64,000 nucleotides of DNA from an uncultured delta proteobacterium (GCA_963711835.1 CAVQFQ010000004.1:1-64000); one strand, 5' to 3'; positions 43,316 through 54,523 are shown, numbered from the stretch's first letter. The notes: generated by a model not told the origin, from the sequence alone. Translations and numbers: made by a program.

Positions 43316-43548
43316 GGCCGAACCTCCTTTCAGTCGGTGATAAAACATGCATTCAAAGATTTTCAGAACAGACCCACACAGACAAAAACTGATTCCGCCA
43401 ACGGCGGAACTGGCGCGAGTTAAGCGGCCCTCCTAAATCTTAATAATGCCATGTTTTTGTGCCCGAAGGGCCTGACAGTTAGGGTGGCGGCAGGTCGCCG
43501 CCATCCTGTCCAGTCTTCGTCTGTGGCAAAAAAACGGTTCTGTTTTTT

Positions 43549-43592
43549 ATTAGCATTCATCCGGAAAGGATTATTTTCGGATGAATGCTAAT
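43549..43592. terminator. Long hairpin downstream of the SDR gene
   Basis: ATTAGCATTCATCCG / CGGATGAATGCTAAT inverted repeat. Confidence 0.55.
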
Positions 43593-44341
43593 TACTGTAT
43601 GATCAATCCCCCGTCAATCGTCAGGGTGAAGCCGTTTACAAAATCAGATTCATCTGAAGCCAGATAGACCGCTCCTGGGGCAATGTCCGTAACGCGGCCA
43701 ACCCTTCCATAAGGGGTGTTGTCCACCCGCGATTTAAGATACCGCGGTTTACTTAAGAGGTGTTCATTGAGAGGCGTGGCAATATCACCCGGGGCGATAC
43801 AATTGACATTGATTTTTTTCGGGGCCAGTTCCATGGCCATGGCCTTGGTCATTCCCATGATACCCCCCTTGGAGGCGCAATAGGCAATGCTGTTTGGAAA
43901 TCCGATCTGCCCGGCAATTGAGGCGATATGAATGACCTTGCCTTTCCCCTGCTTCAGCATTTCAGGCACAGCGCGTTGGGTGGTGAGAAAACTGCCTTTA
44001 AGATTGATATCAATAGTATCGTCCCAGACCTTCTCAGAGTGATGGGCAATATCAGTACTGATCAGGATGCCGGCGCAATTGACCAGGATATCCAGCTTTC
44101 CGAATTTTTTGACGGTCTCCGTTACCATATTGTCGACATCGTCAATTTTGGAGACATCTCCAATGATGGCCAGGGCTTTTCCGCCGCTTTTTTTGATTTT
44201 GGCAACAACTTCCTCCAGTTTGTTATGCCGCCTGCCGGTTAGGGCCACCTTGGCACCTTCCTTGGCAAATTCCAAGGCGATAGCCCTGCCGATGCCTGTG
44301 CCTCCCCCCGTCACCAGGGCCACTTTATTCTTCAGTCTCAC
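43592..44341 (-). CDS. Short-chain dehydrogenase/reductase
   Basis: TGGGTGIG, VNCAG, YCASK, IDGG. Confidence 0.93.
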   Translation of the reverse strand: MRLKNKVALVTGGGTGIGRAIALEFAKEGAKVALTGRRHNKLEEVVAKIKKSGGKALAIIGDVSKIDDVDNMVTETVKKFGKLDILVNCAGILISTDIAHHSEKVWDDTIDINLKGSFLTTQRAVPEMLKQGKGKVIHIASIAGQIGFPNSIAYCASKGGIMGMTKAMAMELAPKKINVNCIAPGDIATPLNEHLLSKPRYLKSRVDNTPYGRVGRVTDIAPGAVYLASDESDFVNGFTLTIDGGLIIQ

Positions 44342-44378
44342 GGTGATTCTCCTTTCATTTAGTAAAGTTTTTAACAAT

Positions 44379-44576
44379 TCAAACGTTTGATCATGCTTAA
44401 TCTTTAAAACTTTTAATTATTAATACATTATAATATCCTGGAAAATGAGTTACCTCATGGCTAAATTCTCCCCGAGGCCTTTTATAATTTCCATTATATA
44501 TATTATTATTAAATGTCAACAAATTTTCTTGACAGAGCTTATCCTTGACGTTATTAATATGATGTCAACGTTTGCA
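44379..44576. promoter_or_regulatory. Divergent promoter region with LacI-type operators
   Basis: TCAAACGTTTGA (44379-44390) and TGTCAACGTTTGCA (44563-44576); TTGACA at 44529; LacI gene nearby. Confidence 0.6.
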
Positions 44577-44688
44577 CAACTTTTTTGGGATGGTTTGGCC
44601 GTTCCTTTTTAATTGGATAGAAGGATCGGTTTTCGTTGGGAAGAAAATCTGATCAACCGGGCGGATCAGTCCGCAAGATAAGGAGGAA

Positions 44689-46092
44689 ATGATGAAAGCA
44701 TTTAAAAAGGAAGAATCTTTTTTTAGCCAGCTCAATTTTTCGCAAGCCCCCAAAATTGCTATCTCGCCTCCCGGTCCTCAAGCTCAAAAACTTTTGAATC
44801 GTCAAAAAAAGGTAGATTCCAATGCTTTGGTTTATCCCTACCAAGTGCCTTTGGCTCCTGAAAAGGGGCTGGGTGCTACGGTTATTGACGCCGATCAAAA
44901 TGTTTATATTGATTTTAGCGGGGGTGTGGGGGTTCTGAATGTGGGGCATTCCAATCCTGATGTCGTGGAGGCCATAAAAGCTCAGGCGGGAAATCTCACC
45001 CATGCCCTTGATTTTCCAGGTCTTCCCAGGGTTGCTCTTTCCGAAAAACTGGTACAATTGGCCCCGGGCGAGATGAAAGAAAAGTGCAAAATTTTTCTCT
45101 GTGGTCCTACCGGTGCGGATGCGGTTGAAGCTGCTGTAAAGCTGGGAAAATTCCACAGCCAAAGACCCGGGGTGATATCCTTTGAGGGCGGCTGGCATGG
45201 AGTGACCGGTGCGGGTTTGGCGGCCACAGGTAAGAAAGGGGCCAAAGAACGGTTTCTACCGTTGATGCCCGAGGTCTACATTATTCCTTACGCCTATTGC
45301 TATCGCTGCGCCTTCGGGCTGCAATACCCCTCTTGTAACCTTCAGTGCGCCAAATACCTTGAACATATCATCCGAGATCCGGATTCCGGAGCCACCAGCC
45401 CGGGCTCCATTTTGATTGAACCTATTCAGGGTGAGGGCGGTATTGTGGTGCCGCCGGAAGGTTATCTGAAGGAGGTCCGCCGCATCGCCACCCAGTATGG
45501 GTTGATTTTGATTATGGATGAGATCCAGACCGGCTTTGCCAGGACCGGAAAGATGTTCTGTTGCGAGAACTGGGGGGTGACTCCTGATATCATGACCGTT
45601 TCCAAGACCATGGGAGGGGGCCTGCCATTGGCCGCAGTCATGATCAAAAACGAGATAGATACCTGGCCGGCCGGGGCCCATGTCGGCACCTTCAGGGGAA
45701 ATCTCCTCTCCTGCGCCGCCGGACTGGCCTCCATTCATTTCATTGAAAAGACCGGCCTGATACAAAGGGCCCGGGATTTAGGGCAGAAGACTCTGGATCG
45801 ATTAAGGGAGATTGCCTCCAGGAGCCGGTTTATAGGCGACCTGAGAGGCCAGGGCCTTTATGTAGGAGCGGAATTCGTTAAAGATAAAAAAACCAAAGAG
45901 CCGGCGGCGGATATTCTCAAAACGCTGCAGGAGAATTGCTTCCAGAAAGGGCTTATCCTTTGGAAAGGAGGACGCTGGAACAATGTGGCCAGGTTCCTCC
46001 CGGCCCTGGTGATCACCGAGGATCTCCTCATGCAGGGTCTGGATATCTTTGAAAAGGAACTGAAAGCCTTGGAGAAGCAGGAAAGAAAATAG
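44689..46092 (+). CDS. Class III PLP aminotransferase (GabT/EctB-like)
   Basis: EPIQGEGG, DEIQTGFARTG, SKTMGGG, GTFRGN. Confidence 0.92.
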   Translation: MMKAFKKEESFFSQLNFSQAPKIAISPPGPQAQKLLNRQKKVDSNALVYPYQVPLAPEKGLGATVIDADQNVYIDFSGGVGVLNVGHSNPDVVEAIKAQAGNLTHALDFPGLPRVALSEKLVQLAPGEMKEKCKIFLCGPTGADAVEAAVKLGKFHSQRPGVISFEGGWHGVTGAGLAATGKKGAKERFLPLMPEVYIIPYAYCYRCAFGLQYPSCNLQCAKYLEHIIRDPDSGATSPGSILIEPIQGEGGIVVPPEGYLKEVRRIATQYGLILIMDEIQTGFARTGKMFCCENWGVTPDIMTVSKTMGGGLPLAAVMIKNEIDTWPAGAHVGTFRGNLLSCAAGLASIHFIEKTGLIQRARDLGQKTLDRLREIASRSRFIGDLRGQGLYVGAEFVKDKKTKEPAADILKTLQENCFQKGLILWKGGRWNNVARFLPALVITEDLLMQGLDIFEKELKALEKQERK

Positions 46093-46116
46093 GGACCCCT
46101 TTCTTAAGAATTCGTT

Positions 46117-47145
46117 ATGAACTATCAACGCATAACCATCAAGGACATCGCCAAAGCCGCCGACCTGACCCCTTCTTCGGTATCCAGGGCGCTTAATAAT
46201 CATCCCCGCATCAGCCGGCGAACCAAAGAGAAGGTCTTAGCCCTAGCTCGGAAAATGGGCTATTCCCCTAATCTATTCGCCCGCGGTCTGGTCAAGAAAA
46301 AGACCTATCTGATCGGGCTGCAGGTCTATGATTTTCGCAACCCCTTTTATGCCGAGCTGACCCGTTCCATCCAGGATACCGCCCAGGAATTTGGCTACTG
46401 GGTTATTCAGGCCAGCACCGATGATGATCAGGATAAGGCCGATGCGCTGATAGATTCCATGATCAGGATGGGCGTAGAGGGAATTATTTTTGCGTCATGC
46501 AAACTGCAGGATAAAACCGTAGAAAAGCTTATTGATAATAATTTCCCGGTGGTCCTGGTTAACCGCAAGCTCAAAAAAGACATCGGAGACTATGTCGTTC
46601 TGGATAATACCTATGGGGCTTATCTCATAGTGAATCATCTGATTAATCATGACTATCGTCGGATCGCCATGATCTCAGGACCCCGCTCCGTTTCTACCAG
46701 TGCCGATCGCAACCGGGGTTACACCCGGGCACTGAAGGACAGGGGCTTGAAAATTGATGAAGAGATCATCAAGTATGGGGCTTTTTCCCAGGAGACGGGA
46801 TTCCGACATACGAAACAATTGATGTCTCTCGTAAACCCGCCCAGGGCCATTTTTTGCGCTGATGATGCCATTGCCCTGGGAGCCATGAGGGCCCTGGGCG
46901 AATTGGAAAAGAGGGTGCCGGATGATGTTGCCGTGGTCGGGTTTGATGATGCCGAGATCTCTTCCCATCCCTTAATTCAACTGACGACGGTCAGCCAGAA
47001 TCTTCAGGAGATGGGCAGACTGGCAGCTAAAACCATGCTGGAACGGATTGAGGGCAAGCAGAAAAATCCCCAGAAAATCCTGATCGAGCCCCATTTGATT
47101 ATCCGCCGTTCCTGTGGATATAAATTGACTAACAAATCCGGCTAA
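46117..47145 (+). CDS. LacI-family regulator
   Basis: TIKDIA...SVSRALN, VPDDVAVVGFDD, LTTV. Confidence 0.95.
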   Translation: MNYQRITIKDIAKAADLTPSSVSRALNNHPRISRRTKEKVLALARKMGYSPNLFARGLVKKKTYLIGLQVYDFRNPFYAELTRSIQDTAQEFGYWVIQASTDDDQDKADALIDSMIRMGVEGIIFASCKLQDKTVEKLIDNNFPVVLVNRKLKKDIGDYVVLDNTYGAYLIVNHLINHDYRRIAMISGPRSVSTSADRNRGYTRALKDRGLKIDEEIIKYGAFSQETGFRHTKQLMSLVNPPRAIFCADDAIALGAMRALGELEKRVPDDVAVVGFDDAEISSHPLIQLTTVSQNLQEMGRLAAKTMLERIEGKQKNPQKILIEPHLIIRRSCGYKLTNKSG

Positions 47146-47248
47146 TCCGCTTGTCGATATCTCAGGGTTATTCTTGCGGTCAGTCCATTGTCGACCTCCC
47201 GGGGCAGCGCTTGTTCCTATCGAACCATCTTTTTTATGACTATCCGAG

Positions 47249-47413
47249 CTACGCTTCTTTTAACATTGCCTTTAAGTCATTTTCAGACACTGTCATCTTA
47301 TGAACTTTTATTGCATGTTCCTTGGCGATCTCGATGACTTCCTTTTCGTCATGGCTCCTCACCATAAAACCACAGGTGGGATCGCATTCAATTTTTTTTA
47401 ACTTCTCCGCCAT
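47249..47413 (-). CDS. DUF1059-like small metal-binding protein (54 aa, missing from the ORF track)
   Basis: MAEKLKKIECDPTCGFMVRSHDEKEVIEIAKEHAIKVH; AGGAGG RBS. Confidence 0.8.
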   Translation of the reverse strand: MAEKLKKIECDPTCGFMVRSHDEKEVIEIAKEHAIKVHKMTVSENDLKAMLKEA

Positions 47414-47640
47414 TTTTCTCACCTCCTTTTTTCTGAAAGCATTAAGCGGCTAATTTGTTTATACCAAATGCTTATATTATTTCTTTAAATCACCCCTGAA
47501 CCAATAGGCCACAGGGGTTTTGCTCCGGTACCATAGGTTTTTTCATTATTAAACTCCCTTTATCTAAGGTCAGGGGTTAGGGCTAATCAAAATCGCAAAG
47601 AGAGGCCCCCCAGTTCTCCCCTATCCAGGGATATCCAGGG

Positions 47641-47946
47641 TTACGACCACTTCTTGCCCAACTTGTCGAGCCCGGCACGCCCCAGGTCGTCCGGGGTCAT
47701 GACGATATGAAACTCCACGTCGGCGTTGAATAACAGGAACCACGGTTCCGCAACCATCGGAACCTTTGAGGACTCCTTCATATCAACGATCAGGATTGCC
47801 CCGCGCTGGCCATCATACTCGGTGAAATAGACCGCCTCCGGCTTCGTTTCCTCGAGGATGCGGTTCAATTTTAGTCCGGCCGTACCATCCTTTACGGCCG
47901 CATTAAACTCCTCGTGTGGAATCCTGACCTGTAATAGCATTCGCAT
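47641..47946 (-). CDS. Conserved hypothetical protein, paralog of 20195-20500
   Basis: Same length and shared motifs. Confidence 0.75.
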   Translation of the reverse strand: MRMLLQVRIPHEEFNAAVKDGTAGLKLNRILEETKPEAVYFTEYDGQRGAILIVDMKESSKVPMVAEPWFLLFNADVEFHIVMTPDDLGRAGLDKLGKKWS

Positions 47947-48566
47947 TTATCTCTCCTCCGCTTTCGTTACCCTTCTCGTGGAAGAGGTGGTTTTTTTAAT
48001 AGAGAATAACAGAAGAGATTTTAAAAAAAATAGGGTGAACCCTGTATTTTATTAAGAAAAGGGCAGTATTTTTGGTAACTGTTAAAGATGAGTTAAAGGA
48101 AGTAACAAAGGTCCCTGCCCTGACCGAAGCACCTAAACCAACCGCACCCCCCCAGGCAGTGGCCCCGCCGTCTGAGGGTTCCAAGGCCCCCCCGCCTGTT
48201 AAAGAACCGGAGACAAAAACTCCGGCACGACAAATGGTGTGTTATCCTCCTCTCGTTTGACTTAACTTATTGTAAATAGTAACTATTATTTTGACCATTT
48301 ATCTTGTTCTGGGCTTCTGCAGACCATGAAATTTTTATAATATCAGGGAATGAAAAAAAACCCCAATTCCCTGGTGAGAAATGAGGTCAATTATCTTTCC
48401 ATCGGCACTCCCTTAATGATAGGTTGCCGGCAAGAAAACTTCATTAATTTATATTAGATTTCCTATAGAAAGGATGAAACAGGTATAGACACGTCCACTA
48501 AAAAGTGATAGAGGAACTAAATATCCCTTTTTCTAAAAGGGGAGACATCAAAAAGATAAGGGGGTC

Positions 48567-49796
48567 ATGGTTATGTCGACGAAGAGAGGCTTAAGAATTT
48601 TTGTGGCGCTCGCCTTTACCCTTCTATTCTGGCACGGTCAGGTTGGGGGGGCAGAGCCGCCTATCAAAATTGGAATCGTTCAGGGTTTCTCCGGGGCTTT
48701 GGAAGCCTATGCCAAACAGATGCTGACTGGCTTCAAGTTAGGTCTCGAGTATGGAACCAAAGGGAAAAACGAAGTGCTGGGAAGGAAGATAGACTTGATT
48801 GTCGAAGACGACCAACTGAAGCCCGATGTGGCCAAGAGATTGATTACGAAACTATACGCCGATGACAAGGTCGACCTGGTGGTTGGAACCACAAGCAGCG
48901 CAGCGGCTCTGGCCATGTTACCGGTGGCTTTGGAGTTTAAGAAAATTTTGCTGGTGGAACCCGCAGTAGCCGATTCCATTACCGGCAGTGCCTGGAATCG
49001 ATATATTTTCAGAACAGGGAGAAATTCGGGTCAGGACGCCATCTCCAATGCGAAAGCCGTTGCGAAGCCGGGAGTTTTTCTTGCTGCCATGGCCCAGGAT
49101 TATGCGTTTGGAAGGGATGGCGTCGCGGCTTATAAAGAAGCAGCAGAGAAGTTGGGGGCAAAAGTGATTCACGAAGAATATAGCCCCATGGCACAAACGG
49201 ACCATACCTCCTCCGTTCAAAGAATCATCGATGCCTTAAAAGACAAGCCAGGGGAAAAATATGTTTTCGTAGTCTGGGCAGGAAAGAACCCCCCTATTGA
49301 GCAGATGGCCGTTATGAAGGTTGAAAAATATGGGATCAAGATCACGACCGGTGGTAATATCCTGCCGGTTCTAAAGGCTACCCTTCCCTTGTTGAAGGCC
49401 TACGAAAGCTTTAAGGGAATGATGGGAGGAGCCTATTACTATTATGAGCTCCCCAAGAATCCCGTGAACGATTGGTTGGTTAAAGAGCACCAAGCCAGGT
49501 TCAAGGAACCCCCTGACTTCTTCACCTGCGGAGGTTTCGCTGCAGCCATGGCAGTCGTCAAAGCCCTCGAAAAAGCCAATTCGACCAATACCGAAAAGTT
49601 AATAGCAGCAATGGAAGGGATGGAATTCATGACCCCCAAAGGTAGAATGGTCTTCCGTAATAGTGACCATCAGGCCATGCAATCCATGTACATCTTCCGT
49701 TTAGAGGCGAAGCCGGATCGGGAATGGGCCGTTCCCGTACTGGTGAGGGAAGTCTCCCCAGAGGAAGGAGCGCCTCCGATTTTGATTAAGAGATAG
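48567..49796 (+). CDS. ABC substrate-binding protein (LivK/Leu-binding family)
   Basis: Signal peptide, IKIG, EDDQ.KP, DYAFG. Confidence 0.9.
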   Translation: MVMSTKRGLRIFVALAFTLLFWHGQVGGAEPPIKIGIVQGFSGALEAYAKQMLTGFKLGLEYGTKGKNEVLGRKIDLIVEDDQLKPDVAKRLITKLYADDKVDLVVGTTSSAAALAMLPVALEFKKILLVEPAVADSITGSAWNRYIFRTGRNSGQDAISNAKAVAKPGVFLAAMAQDYAFGRDGVAAYKEAAEKLGAKVIHEEYSPMAQTDHTSSVQRIIDALKDKPGEKYVFVVWAGKNPPIEQMAVMKVEKYGIKITTGGNILPVLKATLPLLKAYESFKGMMGGAYYYYELPKNPVNDWLVKEHQARFKEPPDFFTCGGFAAAMAVVKALEKANSTNTEKLIAAMEGMEFMTPKGRMVFRNSDHQAMQSMYIFRLEAKPDREWAVPVLVREVSPEEGAPPILIKR

Positions 49797-50025
49797 CTTT
49801 CAAATCCCCCCATGCCCCCCTTTTTCTAAGGGGGGTATGATTTCTCCTCCCTCTGAACGGAAGGTGCCCCATTAGCCCTAGGGGGATAGGCGGGGTCAAG
49901 GGGGACACTATTAAAAGTATGACATTGCCGGGAAGCCCTACCGTACCTGTTCTATCTTGGCGGGGTGGGCGAGGAACTTCACCAAGGGAGTGGGGAGGGA
50001 TTTTGTAATATCATTTATTATCACT

Positions 50026-50793
50026 ATGACCCCAAAGCCCATCATCGAAACAAAAGATCTTACCATTCGGTTCGGCGGTCATGTCGCCGTGGATCATGTC
50101 TGTGCCCAAATTTTTCCTTTCACCTTCAAGTCTATTATAGGACCCAATGGAGCAGGCAAGACCACTTTTTTCAACATGATTTCAGGACAATACTCCCCCA
50201 CCGAAGGGAGGGTCCTTTTCAAAGACAAGGACATTACCCATCTCTCACCAGCCATCCGAACCAAACTCGGGATCGGGAGGTCTTTCCAGCTTACCAACGT
50301 CTTCCCATCCTTAACGGTTCTGGAAAATGTCAGATTGGCCGTCCAATCCCAGAGAAACATGGGATTTAATTTCTGGAAAAATTACCTTCATTTCTCTGAA
50401 TTTGAAGAGCGCGCTTATCAACTGCTAAGAATGGTTCTATTGGACACGAAGTGGAACCTTCCTGCCAGCAGTCTGACGCATGGGGAACAGCGGAAGTTGG
50501 AAATTGCCATTTTGCTTGCTTTGGAACCGGAAGTCCTCCTTTTGGACGAACCCACTGCCGGCATGGCTCTGGAGGAAGTCCCCTCTATCCTGGAAATACT
50601 CAAAGAGATAAAAAATCGAAGAGATAAAACGATCCTTCTGGTCGAACATAAAATGGATGTGTTGATGGCCCTTTCTGACTCCATTGCTGTCCTTCATGAA
50701 GGAAAACTGATCGCCGATGATACCCCTGAAGCCATCAGTCAAAACAGAGAAGTTCAGGAGGCCTATTTTGGTGGAGGTCGATCCCGTGTCTGA
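50026..50793 (+). CDS. ABC ATP-binding protein (LivG-like)
   Basis: GPNGAGKTT, LLDEPTAG, VEH. Confidence 0.92.
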   Translation: MTPKPIIETKDLTIRFGGHVAVDHVCAQIFPFTFKSIIGPNGAGKTTFFNMISGQYSPTEGRVLFKDKDITHLSPAIRTKLGIGRSFQLTNVFPSLTVLENVRLAVQSQRNMGFNFWKNYLHFSEFEERAYQLLRMVLLDTKWNLPASSLTHGEQRKLEIAILLALEPEVLLLDEPTAGMALEEVPSILEILKEIKNRRDKTILLVEHKMDVLMALSDSIAVLHEGKLIADDTPEAISQNREVQEAYFGGGRSRV

Positions 50794-51505
50794 ACCGATC
50801 CTTAAGGTGGAAGGGATTCATGCCTTCATTGGCAAACATCACATCCTGCAGGGTGTCTCCTTCGATGTCTACCCCGGTAAGGTTACTGTGCTCTTGGGAA
50901 GAAATGGAGCCGGCAAGACCACGACCTTGCGTTCAGTCATGGGATTGCTCTCTCCGTCTCAAGGCACCATCCTCTTTAAGAATCAAGCCATTCAAAACAG
51001 GCGATCCTTTGATATCGCCCGCTTAGGCATCGGTTTTATTCCGGAGGACCGTGGCCTTTTTAATCTTCTGACGGTGGAGGAGAACTTCAGGGTGGCCATG
51101 TTTCAAGAGGATAAAAGCACCCAACAGAGGTTGGAAACGATTTTAGAAATCTTTCCTGATTTGAAAAAATTTTGGAAGGCCAAAGCAGGCATCCTAAGCG
51201 GTGGACAGAAACAGATGCTAGCCATCGCCCGCCCCCTGGTTAATAAGAATGAACTTTTACTCATTGACGAACCCTCCAAAGGGCTGGCCCCTATCGTCAT
51301 TGAGCATTTGATTGAAGCCATCCACAGGCTAAAAGAACAGGCGATGATCATTTTAGTCGAACAGAACTTTTATATGGCGAGCCGTCTAGGAAACGATTTC
51401 TACCTGTTTGATGATGGAAGAACGGTCCTGAATGGTCAGATGGAAGACCTCATTCAAAATGAGGAATTGAAGAAAAAGTATTTAGGGATCTCGAGTACGA
51501 ATTAG
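50786..51505 (+). CDS. ABC ATP-binding protein (LivF-like)
   Basis: GRNGAGKTT, LSGGQ, DEPSKGLAP. Confidence 0.92.
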   Translation: MSEPILKVEGIHAFIGKHHILQGVSFDVYPGKVTVLLGRNGAGKTTTLRSVMGLLSPSQGTILFKNQAIQNRRSFDIARLGIGFIPEDRGLFNLLTVEENFRVAMFQEDKSTQQRLETILEIFPDLKKFWKAKAGILSGGQKQMLAIARPLVNKNELLLIDEPSKGLAPIVIEHLIEAIHRLKEQAMIILVEQNFYMASRLGNDFYLFDDGRTVLNGQMEDLIQNEELKKKYLGISSTN

Positions 51506-51518
51506 GAGGAAGATCATT

Positions 51519-52505
51519 GTGAACCCGCTGTGGAAAAGATGGCTTCCAACGTTGATGGTTTTGGCCATCTTCCTTTCACCCCTTATTTTGATCAACCCTA
51601 AAACCTATATCACCATAACCATTTCTGGTCTGGCCATGGGGATGCTGCTCTTTTTAGTCTCCTCTGGATTCTCGCTCATCTTTGGATTTCTAAGCGTGCT
51701 GAATTTAGCTCATGGAGCTCTTTTCACCTGGGGGGCCTATATCGGCTTTACCTCCTTCACCCTGATCAATAAATGGACCGGTTGGGGTGGACCGGATTCA
51801 ATCTTATTTAATATCGTCATTTTCCTTTTGACCCTCACCGTCGCCGGTCTCCTCGTAGCCCTATTGGGTATTATCACAGAAAGATTAGTGATCCGTCCTG
51901 TCTATGGGAGCCATCTTTTCCAGATCTTCATCACCGTGGGTGCCATGATTGTGATGGAGGAGCTGATTCGGATTGTCTGGGGACCCAACGATGAGGTGAT
52001 GCCCGTTCCTTTTAGCTTTATGGGTTCCTGGGATTTCTTTGACGTGGTCGTGTCAAAATATCATCTCATAGTGATTGTGATCGGGTTGATTCTGTATTTA
52101 GGAATTTACACCATCCTGAAAAAAACAAAACTGGGGACGATCGTACGGGCAGGGGTAGAAAACCCCGAGATGGTTCAAGTCATGGGCCACAATGTCTACC
52201 GATATTTTACAGGGGTGTTCGCGGCTGGGTCCGCCCTGGCTGCTATTGGCGGGGGGATGTGGGCCACCTTTGTCAAATCTATCCATCCAGCCATGGGTGG
52301 GGAAGTGATTGTGTTCGCTTTAATCGTGGCGATCATCGGTGGTCTTGGAAGCATGACCGGTTCTGTTGTGGGAGCTTTGATGGTAGGGCTTTCTTATAAT
52401 TACGTGGCCTATCTGGTTCCCAAGGCAGCGCTTGGGATTACGTTGTTGCTTCTTGTTATTATCCTTTCGATTCGGCCGACAGGATTATTTCCAGAGGGGA
52501 CCTGA
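51519..52505 (+). CDS. ABC permease (LivH-like)
   Basis: LNLAHG, GGLGS, RPTGLF. Confidence 0.9.
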   Translation: MNPLWKRWLPTLMVLAIFLSPLILINPKTYITITISGLAMGMLLFLVSSGFSLIFGFLSVLNLAHGALFTWGAYIGFTSFTLINKWTGWGGPDSILFNIVIFLLTLTVAGLLVALLGIITERLVIRPVYGSHLFQIFITVGAMIVMEELIRIVWGPNDEVMPVPFSFMGSWDFFDVVVSKYHLIVIVIGLILYLGIYTILKKTKLGTIVRAGVENPEMVQVMGHNVYRYFTGVFAAGSALAAIGGGMWATFVKSIHPAMGGEVIVFALIVAIIGGLGSMTGSVVGALMVGLSYNYVAYLVPKAALGITLLLLVIILSIRPTGLFPEGT

Positions 52506-52506
52506 T

Positions 52507-53601
52507 TTGGAAAAAGAAATTCTAAATCCCGTTCAAATCTTTCGCTTTAAAGAGAAACAAGCTCGGTTTCGAAACGGTTCTTTCTTTCTTAGAATTCTCC
52601 TTCTCGCCTTTTTCGTCTTAACTCCTTTTCTATTCCGTTCTTTTGAAGTAGCGGATGTTGTATTAAAGATCATGATCTTTTCGGCGCTGGTCGCCAGTTA
52701 CGATATCATTCTTGGATATACGGGAATCGTCTCACTGGGTCATGTGTTGTATTTTGGAATAGGCTGTTACTTCGTTGGGATTTTCATGGGAAAATTGGGG
52801 TGGGTTTCCTACAGTCATCTGGCACTCGCTTTTCTCATCGCCGTCATCATTTCGGGTATCCTTTCCGTGCTGATTGGATTTTTCTCCTTGCGGATCAAGG
52901 CGATCTTCTTTGCCATGATTACCTTGGCCTTTATGGAGTTCGCTTTCATCTTTTCGAGTCAGTTGAGAGCGATTACCGGAGGAGACGATGGAATCAGTTT
53001 TAAACTTCCCGGAATATTAGCGGTCGATTATAACCTTGGCCGGTTCCTTGGAATCGAGGTCACCGGGAGAGTGATGAGTTACTATCTCATCCTTGTGATT
53101 TGTTTGGTCCTTTTCTTATTGATGCTCCGATTTGTTAATTCACCGCTGGGCCGGGTCCTTCAGTCCATCCGGGATAATGAACAACGATCCATTGCCATCG
53201 GCTACCGAACCTATCAGTTCCAGGTCGTCGCCTCTTCGTTCGCCAGTTGTGTTGCCGCCATTACAGGGGGATGTTTTGCAATCTGGGTCCGGTATGTCAG
53301 TCCCGACTCGAGTTTAAGTGTCCCCATTATGTTGGATGTGCTGCTGATGGTCATTGTAGGAGGAATGGGAACACTCTATGGAGGAATTTTTGGAGCGGCC
53401 TTCTTAATGGTCATGCGCGCCTTTCTTCCAAAGCTGCAGGTGTTAATCGCCTCCCTTCTTCCAGGTGTCCCCATCGCCATAAGATTGTCCGAGCGCTGGC
53501 TTTTTTATTTTGGGCTTCTCTTCATCCTGATCGTCTATTTCTTTCCAAAAGGAATCGTCGGAACGGCCCAGGAGATTTTTGCGAAAAGAAAAGACGAATA
53601 A
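52507..53601 (+). CDS. ABC permease (LivM-like)
   Basis: GYTG.VSLGH, TGGDDG, IRDNE, GGMGT. Confidence 0.9.
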   Translation: MEKEILNPVQIFRFKEKQARFRNGSFFLRILLLAFFVLTPFLFRSFEVADVVLKIMIFSALVASYDIILGYTGIVSLGHVLYFGIGCYFVGIFMGKLGWVSYSHLALAFLIAVIISGILSVLIGFFSLRIKAIFFAMITLAFMEFAFIFSSQLRAITGGDDGISFKLPGILAVDYNLGRFLGIEVTGRVMSYYLILVICLVLFLLMLRFVNSPLGRVLQSIRDNEQRSIAIGYRTYQFQVVASSFASCVAAITGGCFAIWVRYVSPDSSLSVPIMLDVLLMVIVGGMGTLYGGIFGAAFLMVMRAFLPKLQVLIASLLPGVPIAIRLSERWLFYFGLLFILIVYFFPKGIVGTAQEIFAKRKDE

Positions 53602-53668
53602 ATACTCGAAGGTTGAGATTGAGTTTGGGTAAAGTTAAAAATACTGGTCTTTATAGAAAGAGAGAGTC

Positions 53669-54523
53669 ATGACTAAGCCAATCGCGATAAAGGCAAAAGG
53701 ATCAGGGATTGAAATTCAATTGACGGCCTGGGAGGGAAAAGGGAAAGAGATCCTTTGCCTTCATGGGCTGACAGCCAACTCCCGTTTTTGGGACTGCTTA
53801 GCCTCGGCTCTTTCTCCCCGTCACAAAATCATGGCCATGGATCTCCGAGGCAGAGGGCTTTCAGATAAACCTCCCACAGGTTATTCCATTAACCACCATT
53901 GCCAAGATATTTTAGCTTTGATCGATGATCTAGGTCTGGAACGGCCTGTCCTGATGGGCCATTCTTTGGGGGCATTCATTTCCCTCGTCTTTGCAGCTCA
54001 GTATCCTGATAGGGTGGATCGCCTCATTTTAGTGGATGGCGGGGGAAAACTCTCCGAAGCTCAGATGGCCAAGGTTTTCGCTGGAATCAAACCTTCTTTG
54101 GATCGGTTAGGAAAGATCTTCCCTTCCTTCGAGGACTATGTCTCACAAATGCAGGAGGCCCCATTTCTAAAGCCCTGGAACGCCTTTATGGAGACCTACT
54201 TCCGTTATGAGGTTGAGGAGGTTCAGGGGGGTGTCCGCTCTCGGGTTCATCCCAAGCACATTGAGGAGGAGGTCTTAAACTTGGGGAAGGTGGATTCAAC
54301 TCAATTCTACACCCAGGTCATTTCACCGACTCTAATTTTGCGGGCCACGAAAGGGATGCTCGCACAGGATGACCTCCTCCTGCCCAAGGACGTAGCCGAA
54401 CGGATGGTCCGGGAAATACCAAACGCCAGTTTAGTGGATTTAGAAGGGTCCAATCATTATTCCATACTCTTTCAGCCCAATAAGAACCGGGATCAAAAGA
54501 TCCTTGAATTTCTTAAGGGGTAA
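53669..54523 (+). CDS. Alpha/beta hydrolase
   Basis: HGLT, DLRGRG, GHSLG. Confidence 0.9.
   Translation: MTKPIAIKAKGSGIEIQLTAWEGKGKEILCLHGLTANSRFWDCLASALSPRHKIMAMDLRGRGLSDKPPTGYSINHHCQDILALIDDLGLERPVLMGHSLGAFISLVFAAQYPDRVDRLILVDGGGKLSEAQMAKVFAGIKPSLDRLGKIFPSFEDYVSQMQEAPFLKPWNAFMETYFRYEVEEVQGGVRSRVHPKHIEEEVLNLGKVDSTQFYTQVISPTLILRATKGMLAQDDLLLPKDVAERMVREIPNASLVDLEGSNHYSILFQPNKNRDQKILEFLKG

Noticed and set aside
48072-48260. Pro-rich 62-aa ORF
   Set aside because: No convincing start or RBS; at most a gene remnant
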